This document shows positions 19,274-27,649 of a DNA stretch of 64,000 bases, piece after piece; within the stretch, counting starts at the first letter, position 1, and each line of letters starts with the position of its first letter. The stretch lies in assembly GCA_949289565.1 (NCBI GenBank), contig CASEOO010000030.1, positions 145,813 through 209,812 on the forward strand. Reading direction: 5' to 3'. The notes under the pieces were generated by a model, which saw only the letters and a program-made list of their open reading frames with translations, was not told the DNA's origin and ran no database searches. Source of the stretch: an uncultured Bacteroidales bacterium (GTDB lineage Bacteria; Bacteroidota; Bacteroidia; Bacteroidales; UBA932). A program made the position numbers and the translations under genes.

Positions 19274-20539
19274 TTACGGCTTCAGCAGATTGACAGGTGT
19301 CACGTAAATCCCGTCATCCCTCCGGTATGAAGAACCTGAAGCAGTGAGGACCATCAGGAAATCAGGTGCATTCAGATCGCTTTTCTGAGCTATCTTGTCG
19401 CGGAGCAGTTTCAGGGATTTAGCACCGTCTTCTATAAGCTTTTCGCCTCCGAGTTTGATTTCTATCGCGCCCCATCTTCCGTTTTCAAGATGTATTACGG
19501 CATCACATTCCAGTCCGGCATTGTCTCTATAATGAGAGACAGTCCCTCCGATAGCGTTTGCGTAGATTGACAGGTCCCGGACTGCGAAGTCTTCAAAGAA
19601 CAGCCCGAAACTTTCCAGATCATTTTTCAGGTCATCCGGATTTACACCTAAAGCTCTGCATGCGATAGATGTATCTATGAAATGCCTGGTCGGCGTACTT
19701 CTGATAGAAGTTTTGGACCTTATATTGGGATTCCATGCAGGGAGGTCTTCTATTATATACAAGTCTTTCAATGCTTCCATGTAATCGTCGAATGTTTTCG
19801 GATCCATAGTCCGTTCGTTGCTTTGCCGGACATCGGCTATGATCGTCGAAATGGCTGCTTCAGTGGAAATGTGTCTGGCGTAGCTTCTGATAATCATTTT
19901 CAGAATTTCAGGCTTTTTGTTCCGGAAACGTTCGTTTTCGCAGTCCTCAAATACAAAGAGCCCGTTATAATAGTTTTTGGTGATTTCCAGGGCTATTTCG
20001 TGTGGTGCAAGCACAGATATCGGCCAGCCTCCCCGGCATATCAGGAACGCTATATCATCCAATGTCAGATCATTCTCCATGATCCATGTGAAATTCTGTC
20101 CTCCATCGAACAGATCGCTCAGCGATACTGCTCCTTTCGATTCCCTGGATTCCCACAGGCTCATCGGCCGCATTTTTATCGGAGCTATTCTCCCTGCTCC
20201 GCTATGGTGTACTTCAGTCTTGTCTGCAGGTGTAGAACTGCCGGTCAGTATATATTTCCCGAACTGATACTCGAAGTCAAGGTCATCTTTTATCTGGTTC
20301 CACACGTCAGGAGCTTTTTGCCATTCATCTATCAGCCGTGGCTTCTCTCCTTCCAGTACTGTTTTCGGATTCATCCTGGCTATTGCTATGGCCTGTTTTG
20401 TATTCAGTTTTGTAAAACTTTTCTGATACAGCATGCATGTCGTGGTTTTTCCGCAGAATTTGGGACCTGCCACAACTATTGCACCTGAGGTCTTGAGTTT
20501 CAATTCGATTTCTTTTTCAATTAGCCGGCGGTAATACAT
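19274..20539 (-). CDS. AAA_14-family ATPase with DUF4143 domain
   Basis: GPKFCGKTT Walker A, LIDEWQ Walker B, ILTGS, HSGAGRI, RPMSLWES, GGWP, C-terminal ECDAVI..GAIEIKLG; AT-richer than its neighbours. Confidence 0.9.
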   Translation of the reverse strand: MYYRRLIEKEIELKLKTSGAIVVAGPKFCGKTTTCMLYQKSFTKLNTKQAIAIARMNPKTVLEGEKPRLIDEWQKAPDVWNQIKDDLDFEYQFGKYILTGSSTPADKTEVHHSGAGRIAPIKMRPMSLWESRESKGAVSLSDLFDGGQNFTWIMENDLTLDDIAFLICRGGWPISVLAPHEIALEITKNYYNGLFVFEDCENERFRNKKPEILKMIIRSYARHISTEAAISTIIADVRQSNERTMDPKTFDDYMEALKDLYIIEDLPAWNPNIRSKTSIRSTPTRHFIDTSIACRALGVNPDDLKNDLESFGLFFEDFAVRDLSIYANAIGGTVSHYRDNAGLECDAVIHLENGRWGAIEIKLGGEKLIEDGAKSLKLLRDKIAQKSDLNAPDFLMVLTASGSSYRRDDGIYVTPVNLLKP

Positions 20540-20573
20540 GTGCTTGGATTTTAAGATTTACAAAAATATAAAA

Positions 20574-20613
20574 TTCCCAAGATTTTCAATATGAATTTCC
20601 CAAGATTTTCAAT
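20574..20613. repeat. Two 17-bp direct repeats TTCCCAAGATTTTCAAT (23-bp period) upstream of the ATPase
   Basis: Exact copies at 20574-20590 and 20597-20613, next to a minus-strand TATTTTTG element at 20561-20568. Confidence 0.8.
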
Positions 20614-20753
20614 TTTCGTATCGGCCCGGACAATTGATAGCCATCACTGCCACAATTAGCATACGGGCAAGAACAGGTGTGTACAATCTAATTCCAATTC
20701 CACGAGTATCTTATAGATTTACGATACGTGAGATTTGAAGAATATTAATTCCA

Positions 20754-21355
20754 TGAAAATTGAACATAAAAAACAAAAAACTTAACGCAGAAAAAGAAAA
20801 ACTTTCAGGTGTGAAATTTTGCCTGCAGGTTTTTCTTTTTTTATCTATCGATTCAGAATGCCTTCCATATATTCGCCCTTGTGCTGGCAATCCAGTTGTG
20901 GCTGATTGATATATATTGCAACATATGGTCTGCCTGAAGATAGCAGAACTGGAGCTGGCACAATACGATGTCAAACTTTTAATTCATGTAGATATGGCAA
21001 ACAGTGCAGTAGAAAGCAGACCTGCCGGCAGCAGGCAGGCTGTCGTGCAGAGGTTCTCTCCTGAGGACAGCATTGTCTCTGAATACACTTTCCGTGAAAA
21101 ATCCACGATGATGGTTCCCGATGAGACTATTTTTACTATCTTCGTGGAACTGAACCGCTTCGGGAAGAAACTTGAGGAGTGCGAGACCCTGCTGGACAAA
21201 TGGTGTTTCTCGCTGACGCACATCAACACTCTGGACAAGCTTCCCGACGAGCTGAGGACGGAGGCTTTTGAGCGGCTGTTCAAAGCCTGTGAAATCGCGC
21301 GGTTCGAGCCTGAAGTGAAACTTAAATACGAGAAAGAGATGATCACGGAACGGGA
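20754..21355 (+). repeat. Direct repeat copy 2 (~0.6 kb; pairs with 18528-19143)
   Basis: See copy 1. Confidence 0.93.
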
Positions 21356-21527
21356 CTACTACAACATGCTGAATACCGCTAAGGCTGACGGTTTGGCTGC
21401 AGGGTTGGCCGAAGGCGAAGCGAAAGAAAAGATCCGGATCGCCAAAGTTCTTAAGGAACAAGGCGTAGCTGCAAGTATTATTGCCGCCGCTTCAGGGTTG
21501 ACTGAATCACAGATAGCAGAGCTATAA
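20916..21527 (+). pseudogene. Rpn-family C-terminal fragment (N-terminal nuclease part missing, C-terminal helical tail intact)
   Basis: FVELNRF.KKLEECETLLDKW...FERLFKACEIARF...YEKEMITERDYYNMLNTAKADGLAAGLAEGEAKEKIRIAKVLKEQG...IAAASGLTESQIAEL. Confidence 0.75.
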
Positions 21528-21993
21528 GGATTCCAAACCAGGATTTCCAATTGCATTCGAACAAGAACTGGTGCGTTTGAGCTGGTTTATGATCAGCTTT
21601 CGGGTGGATATTGGCAGAGATTCTGCCGAAGCAGAGGAAAGTTGCCATAAAAAGAACATGCCGGAGGATAAAATGAACAAAGTGACGGGATTGACTTTGA
21701 TTTACTCAAGCCAGTCCCGTTTCATTTTTTAGCAGTAATGTTGACAATTAGGGATACAATTCGAAGCTATGGGATGGTTAGAGTAAAGTCATTCGTGTAT
21801 AAAATATGCCGATGCATATTTCAGCAGGAAAAATGATATATGTCTGATCCTCCTGTGCTTTAATGAAATTCAAGAAAAATTAACAGAATAATTATTGTTT
21901 ATTACAGTTAAACCCAGTATATTTGAAAATCCCAAAAGTAAAGGCTTAAAAAATAACGATTATAAATTGTCAACATTAACAATTGCAATGCTT

Positions 21994-22146
21994 ATGGTAC
22001 AAAAATCTATTGATGGAGCCGTCATTTATGAGGCCCCAGTGATGATTTCTGCAGAAGTTTCTGTGGAAAACGGATTCGCGGCAAGCGAAGGAGTAAATTC
22101 CATGTCTCTCGATGCCCCTGACTATGGGGAGGGCGTCACACTCTAA
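21994..22146 (+). CDS. Small (50 aa) acidic peptide with YxxP..ExxxExGFAAS motif, upstream of a fimbrillin-like gene
   Basis: MVQKSIDGAVIYEAPVMISAEVSVENGFAASEGVNSMSLDAPDYGEGVTL; stops 19 nt before the lipoprotein ATG. Confidence 0.65.
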   Translation: MVQKSIDGAVIYEAPVMISAEVSVENGFAASEGVNSMSLDAPDYGEGVTL

Positions 22147-22165
22147 TATTATAAGGAGGAAAACC

Positions 22166-24136
22166 ATGAAGAAAATATTGTTTTTATTGGCGGCTTTCGC
22201 CTCAATGGCCGTTGCCTGCCAAGTAGAGGATGTGAATGAGGCCCAGACTCCGGCAGGAGAGACATTCACCATAGAGGCGGCTATCGTTCCATCAACCAAG
22301 ACTTCTCTTACAATAACTGAAGATGCTTACAAGGTAGAGTGGGATGCTGAAGATGAGTTGTCAGTCATAGCGCGATATGATAACGGTGCTGAAGATGCAG
22401 GATATCTTTTCACAAAAGGTGATGGAAATTCTTTCTCTGGAAGTGTGACTGATCCGGGAAATATCAGTGAAATCTATGTGGTATATCCATATGATAAGAA
22501 CCACAATTCTTTCAATGACAATTATAATAATGTTAATGGACGTGTCACGATTGGTTCGGCACATAATGCTAATCAGACACAAAATGGTATAAACAATACT
22601 GATCATATTAATGGTCCGCTTTACGGATATGCACAAGTAGTTGACGGTACGGCAGAAGTGGCTATGAAACATATTTCCACCTTGTTTGAATTGATAGTTA
22701 CAAATAATTCTGGTGACGAAATTAATGTGACTAATGTCAAGTTGGCGAATGACCATGGTAAGGATATGATTGGTACGTTTTACGTAAATCCGGTGACGGA
22801 CTATGTCAGCGCGTCTGGTGCGTCTTATGTTTCGTCAACAGCTTCCCTTGATGTGACAAATGGTACGCTTGCTTCAGGTGCAACAGCTAAATTTTACATC
22901 ACTTCAGCTCCATTTGATTTGGCAGCCGGAGATGAACTGACGGTAACTGTTACTACGAGCGATGGAGCAAGTGCTGCTATAGTGAAGTCTATTCCAAGTG
23001 ATGTGAATTTTGAGGCAGGGAAAGTAAACCATGTCAAAGTTGAAATTGCAGAAGTGAAAGAATTGGAGCCAATGTCTGTGCCAGGAACAGTTCAGTTTGC
23101 CGAAGGGGTTGATATCCCTGAGTATGTCACAATTTCAGACTATGAAACATATAGTGACGGTTCCCTGAAAGTCAATGATGTTGATGACAATGTAGTAGTT
23201 TATGTGGGGTCTGCTGTAGGAAGTGTCACTTTGACAGCAAAATATAATGGGGCAGGTTCTACTCTTGAAATTCTTGGATCGGCGGATGGAAAAGATTATG
23301 TTCACATAGAAAATGTCAATAGTGAAACTGGTCTGACCACTTCTGCCGCTGAATGGAAAACTTCGGCAATTATTAGTCCAGATTACAGGTATTTCAAGTT
23401 CAATCTTACTGAAAAAGTTACAGGAAGTAATGTCAATTTGATAGATATTACATTTAATGAGCCGATTACTGATCCAATTATCAGCTCGGCTGTTTCTTCA
23501 CTAGAATTCGCTTTTGACGATGAAACATCTGGAACTATTCAGTATAGTATTTTAAATGCAGAATATGATGATGTCACAGTGTCATGTGATGAGTCTTTGA
23601 ATGGCTGGTTTACTGCTGAAAAATCAGCTGACGGAGTGATTTCATACACAGTTAATGCAAATGAAGGTGCCGAGAGGTCCGGGAATCTTACAATTTCAGT
23701 AACAGGAGGGAATAGTATCGTTATACCTGTAAGCCAGTCAGCATTTGTCCAGACAGGAGTAGAGCAGAAGGCGATATTTGATTATTCGAATCTTTCAACT
23801 GTAAATGCAACAGTTGATTTGATTACAATAACGGCAGATGCAAATGGAGGAAATCCACCTGCTGTAAATTCAGAGCTTAGGATTTATCGCTATAATAAAT
23901 TTTCGATAGCAGGCACTCAGGAGAATGTTTCTATTAAGTCAATAGTTTTCTCCTTGTCAAGTGCTTCATATTGCGGATATAATTTTGCCTCAGATCCTGC
24001 AGGCTATTCTTTGAATGATACGATTGGAACCTGGACAGGAGATGCAAATGCTGTGATATTTAGCAATGGAGGAGATAAGGACAATAATGTGCAATTCAGG
24101 GTTAAGTCCATTGAGGTGACGTACGTATTGAATTAA
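22166..24136 (+). CDS. Fimbrillin/Mfa-like surface lipoprotein with BACON-like and C-terminal beta-sandwich domains
   Basis: Lipobox MKKILFLLAAFASMAVAC, TKTSL..VEWDAEDEL, YVVYPY, MKHISTLFELIVTN, NFEAGKV; BACON-like YTVNANEGAERSGNLTI. Confidence 0.7.
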   Translation: MKKILFLLAAFASMAVACQVEDVNEAQTPAGETFTIEAAIVPSTKTSLTITEDAYKVEWDAEDELSVIARYDNGAEDAGYLFTKGDGNSFSGSVTDPGNISEIYVVYPYDKNHNSFNDNYNNVNGRVTIGSAHNANQTQNGINNTDHINGPLYGYAQVVDGTAEVAMKHISTLFELIVTNNSGDEINVTNVKLANDHGKDMIGTFYVNPVTDYVSASGASYVSSTASLDVTNGTLASGATAKFYITSAPFDLAAGDELTVTVTTSDGASAAIVKSIPSDVNFEAGKVNHVKVEIAEVKELEPMSVPGTVQFAEGVDIPEYVTISDYETYSDGSLKVNDVDDNVVVYVGSAVGSVTLTAKYNGAGSTLEILGSADGKDYVHIENVNSETGLTTSAAEWKTSAIISPDYRYFKFNLTEKVTGSNVNLIDITFNEPITDPIISSAVSSLEFAFDDETSGTIQYSILNAEYDDVTVSCDESLNGWFTAEKSADGVISYTVNANEGAERSGNLTISVTGGNSIVIPVSQSAFVQTGVEQKAIFDYSNLSTVNATVDLITITADANGGNPPAVNSELRIYRYNKFSIAGTQENVSIKSIVFSLSSASYCGYNFASDPAGYSLNDTIGTWTGDANAVIFSNGGDKDNNVQFRVKSIEVTYVLN

Positions 24137-24272
24137 TAGTTAAATACATCGCAGTATAACTCAACTCATGGGGCGGAACCGGGAGGTCCTGCCCCTAAAT
24201 TAACAAAAGACGTGGCGGTTTCCGGCGGTGTTGACGGCGGAAATACGGATAGACGTAAAATTTTATAAAATT

Positions 24273-26300
24273 ATGAAAATCAGAAATTTGTTTTTTATTG
24301 GTTTCGCGGCATTGTCTCTTGCCGCGGCCTGTGATAAGAAGGAAGATGGCCTGACGGGCTCGCCTTCCATAAGCCTGAGCACCGATGCCGTCGAATTTGA
24401 ACAGACGGCAGATTCTGAAAACATTACTCTGTCTGCCAACAGGGACTGGGTGGTGCAGGTGCCGGAAAGCGCATCGGAATGGCTGTCAGTCTCTCCTGCC
24501 AGCGGAGCGGCTTCCGGTGATCCTCAGACAGTCGCCATAACAGTCAAAGAGAATACCGGGGCGAACAGGTCTGCAAAACTCGAATTCAATGCATCTCTGG
24601 TTTCTGCCACTCTCACTGTCAGCCAGGCAGGTCCTGAAGGAGATATTAGCGGAGCCAGCTTGACTGTCGCTGAATTTATAGAAAAGCCTGAAGATCCGTC
24701 TGTATATTATCAGCTGACAGGCGAGATTACTGACCTGTACAATGAGACGTTTGGAAACTTCACATTGGTCGACAAGACAGGTTCTGTCAGCGTTTACGGA
24801 CTGACTGCCACCCAGCAATCGGAAAATGACAAGAGCTTCGCTTCTCTTGGCTTGAAAGAGGGTGATTATGTGACCCTTATGGGTGTGAGGTCTTCTTTTG
24901 AAGGCAAGCCTCAGGTAGGCGGTCCTGCATACTATGTTTCGCACACTTCATTCGATGACATGGATGCCATTGAACTGGCTTCGATTGCAGAAGTTTACAC
25001 TACTGATGCCGTGAAAGTGTCTGTAAAAGGCCAGGTCGTAGCGGCAGGAAATGTAAGTTTTGTCCTGAACGATGGAGGTGACAAGAGCCTGTATGTATAC
25101 TCAAACAAGACTCCGGGTGTCACCGTCGGTGACAATGTGAAAGTGACGGGCCAGGTAGCTGTTTATCCTGGATATGTAAATCCAGGCGTTACTATCGGCA
25201 CCAAAATGACGCAGATAGCATCTCCGACAGTAGAGAAAATATCAGAAACTCTGACCCCGGCGGCTCAGACTCCTAAAGAGCTGTCAGGTGCAGAACTGGC
25301 GTCTTTCTCATCAGAGTCGACACAGCTTGTCAAAGTAAGCGCCACTGTACAGGTGTCAGAAGGCCATACGAATCTGGTCTTCGACAATAATGGCGGCACC
25401 GGGTCTGTAGTCTCTTCTTCATTTGATTCCCAGATTTCAGATGGAGACAAACTTATAATCACCGGATACTACGGAGGAAGGAACGGCAGAGGATATTTCA
25501 ATATACTTCCGACAGATATCCAGGACAATAATGGCCCGTATTTGACAGTCTCCACGAAAACTGTTAATGTCGGCGCGGCGGCAGGAACTGCAAAATTCGA
25601 TATCAAAGGAAATGTAGCCTGGACAGCGGTGTCATCTGACGATGCCAATTTCTCTTTGTCTGCCGGGCAGGGCACAGGCAGTGAGCCGATTACCGTGACA
25701 TATACGGCCAATGAGTCTGAGGATTCCCCGAGGACAGCCACTATCACAGTTTCCACTGAAGACGCATCAGTGGCAGAAGCTGACAGAACCCATACGATTA
25801 CAATAACTCAAAGTGCGAAGACAGCCCAGTCTGATGTTATAGTATTGAACGGAGAAAGTTTAGGCATAGGCTCAGGAAGCTATGCAAATAGCCCTGAAAC
25901 TGCTGATTGCGGAGGTGTTTCTTTCAGTATTAATGATATGATGCTGAATCAGAGCGATGGCACAGTAGGCATATTCAGAGAACAATTTATACAGATGAGA
26001 AAAAGTTCTGGAAAATTGTACAATACTACACCAGTAGCTCTTAAGTCTTTGAAAATTTATGTTTTGCCAGAAAAAGACGGATTCAAGATAATGACAGGAA
26101 CTGAAGCCCAGCCTGCAACTGAGGCGGAGAAGTCCATGTCAACAGAAACGGTGACAGTAACAGGGTATGTGAATAAAGAGGAAGTGCCTGGGCAGCAGGT
26201 TGAACTTAATGTTTATACCGTAGATGTATCAGACTCTCCACAATATTTTTCCATCGAAGCTACAGCTACTCTGTGGGTATATAAAATTGAAATCCAATAA
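24273..26300 (+). CDS. Surface lipoprotein with two BACON domains and tandem OB-fold-like domains
   Basis: Lipobox LAAAC; BACON (ANRDW..WLSVSP..ENTGANRSA; W.A.S..YTANE..RTATITV); OB-like YQLTGEIT..FGNFTLVDKTGSVSVYG..GDYVTLMG and VKGQVVA..FVLNDG..VGDNVKVTG. Confidence 0.72.
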   Translation: MKIRNLFFIGFAALSLAAACDKKEDGLTGSPSISLSTDAVEFEQTADSENITLSANRDWVVQVPESASEWLSVSPASGAASGDPQTVAITVKENTGANRSAKLEFNASLVSATLTVSQAGPEGDISGASLTVAEFIEKPEDPSVYYQLTGEITDLYNETFGNFTLVDKTGSVSVYGLTATQQSENDKSFASLGLKEGDYVTLMGVRSSFEGKPQVGGPAYYVSHTSFDDMDAIELASIAEVYTTDAVKVSVKGQVVAAGNVSFVLNDGGDKSLYVYSNKTPGVTVGDNVKVTGQVAVYPGYVNPGVTIGTKMTQIASPTVEKISETLTPAAQTPKELSGAELASFSSESTQLVKVSATVQVSEGHTNLVFDNNGGTGSVVSSSFDSQISDGDKLIITGYYGGRNGRGYFNILPTDIQDNNGPYLTVSTKTVNVGAAAGTAKFDIKGNVAWTAVSSDDANFSLSAGQGTGSEPITVTYTANESEDSPRTATITVSTEDASVAEADRTHTITITQSAKTAQSDVIVLNGESLGIGSGSYANSPETADCGGVSFSINDMMLNQSDGTVGIFREQFIQMRKSSGKLYNTTPVALKSLKIYVLPEKDGFKIMTGTEAQPATEAEKSMSTETVTVTGYVNKEEVPGQQVELNVYTVDVSDSPQYFSIEATATLWVYKIEIQ

Positions 26301-26313
26301 TTGTTTCCTTATC

Positions 26314-26352
26314 GTCAAAGGGACGTCCATGCTTGGGCATCCCTTTGATTTT
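26314..26352 (+). terminator. Stem-loop (terminator or processing site) between lipoprotein and nuclease genes
   Basis: TCAAAGGGA...TCCCTTTGA followed by TTTT. Confidence 0.55.
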
Positions 26353-26369
26353 CAATCAGAACAGAAAGA

Positions 26370-27542
26370 ATGCCGGAACATTTGAGAATAAGGATCATTA
26401 CATGGCTGGCGGCATGCTTCGCGGCGTTGCCGATGATTGTTTCATGTGAGCAAGATATCATTTCCACTCCGGAAGTCTCCATTGCCGAAAATTCGGCAGG
26501 GGCTGAGGCCGGGTATACTGTCGTGGACGTGTCGGCTTCCGGCGCGTGGCTGCTGTCTCTGTATTATCCTGACGGGGCGGAGCCTTGGGCCGGGCTGACT
26601 TCAACACAGGGCAGCGGAAGCAAAGACGGCATTATCCTGAGCTATGGGGAAAATCCGTCAGAGGAGAGCCGTACACTCAAGGTTATATTGTCAGCTTCAG
26701 GGTATGACCTGGCTGTGACTTTTACGCAGGAAGGGCGGACTGCAGCCGGCGATGAACCTGAACCGGAGCCAGACCCGGAGCCTGGACCTGGCCCGGTGGC
26801 AGGCCCGGGGTGGCTGGAACTTCCTGAATTGGCAGAGACTGAGGCCTGCCATTTTTACTGGCACGACATGACCCAGCAGAACGGGAAGAGAGTCAGGAAT
26901 TATTCTTTCCTGTGGGACAAGGAGAACCTGGTGGCTCATTGGGTGGCTTATCCTCTTAACAAAAGACTGATAGGCAGCGGCGACCGTTCTGAAGCCTGGG
27001 GATACGACCCGAAAGTCCCTGTGGAGGACCAGCCGGAATTGTACCGTGGCTATCGCGGCGGCTATGACAGAGGCCATCAGCTTCCGTCGGCTGACAGATA
27101 TACTGACAACGAGTCCACGTTTTATTTTACGAATATGACACCTCAGATCGGAACCGGATTCAACCAGAGTGTCTGGGCAGATTTAGAGATCCAGGTACGA
27201 GACTGGTCGTATTCGTCAGATACACTTTATGTCGTGACCGGCTGTGTCCTTGAAGGCAGTCTCGGAAAGGCTTATGACAATCTCGGCAAGGAAGTCACCA
27301 TCCCTGGCGGATATTTCAAGGCTCTTCTCTGGTACAACCATGCTTCTACCATGAGTTTCGGGCAGTGGTCGGCCGCGGGCTTTTATTTCGAGCATAAGTC
27401 GGGAGCGTCCCGCCAGACAATGTCTATCGATGACCTGGAGGAAATCACCGGAATCGACTTTTTCGTGAATCTGCCTGCGAGGATTGGCCAGGATGCGGCG
27501 GACAGAATCGAGGCGGCGGAACCTGGCGCCTTCTGGAATTGA
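26370..27542 (+). CDS. Lipoprotein DNA/RNA non-specific endonuclease (His-Me finger, NucA type) with N-terminal BACON domain
   Basis: Lipobox IVSC, BACON, Pro-rich linker, RNYS, WVAYPLN, YDRGHQLPSAD, TFYFTNMTPQ, FNQSVWADLE, TGIDFF. Confidence 0.92.
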   Translation: MPEHLRIRIITWLAACFAALPMIVSCEQDIISTPEVSIAENSAGAEAGYTVVDVSASGAWLLSLYYPDGAEPWAGLTSTQGSGSKDGIILSYGENPSEESRTLKVILSASGYDLAVTFTQEGRTAAGDEPEPEPDPEPGPGPVAGPGWLELPELAETEACHFYWHDMTQQNGKRVRNYSFLWDKENLVAHWVAYPLNKRLIGSGDRSEAWGYDPKVPVEDQPELYRGYRGGYDRGHQLPSADRYTDNESTFYFTNMTPQIGTGFNQSVWADLEIQVRDWSYSSDTLYVVTGCVLEGSLGKAYDNLGKEVTIPGGYFKALLWYNHASTMSFGQWSAAGFYFEHKSGASRQTMSIDDLEEITGIDFFVNLPARIGQDAADRIEAAEPGAFWN

Positions 27543-27649
27543 ACTTCGTGCTGATGGTGACATTGACCGGAATTTCCGGTCAATGCAGTAAAATTATTGC
27601 CCGGAAGGGCACATGAAATCTAATCTGTCTAACAGACGTTTTGCAATTT

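Noticed and set aside
18683..21527. Active IS or composite transposon
   Set aside because: Both Rpn copies lack the catalytic N-terminus, and no terminal inverted repeats or target-site duplication were found.
21994..22146. Lasso peptide or other RiPP cluster
   Set aside because: No cyclase, peptidase, RRE or radical SAM maturase next to the peptide; hemW at the window start is a housekeeping gene.
26752..26795. Short tandem repeats in the endonuclease gene (EPEPEPDPEPGPGP)
   Set aside because: Ordinary Pro-rich interdomain linker with degenerate codons, not a phase-variation tract.
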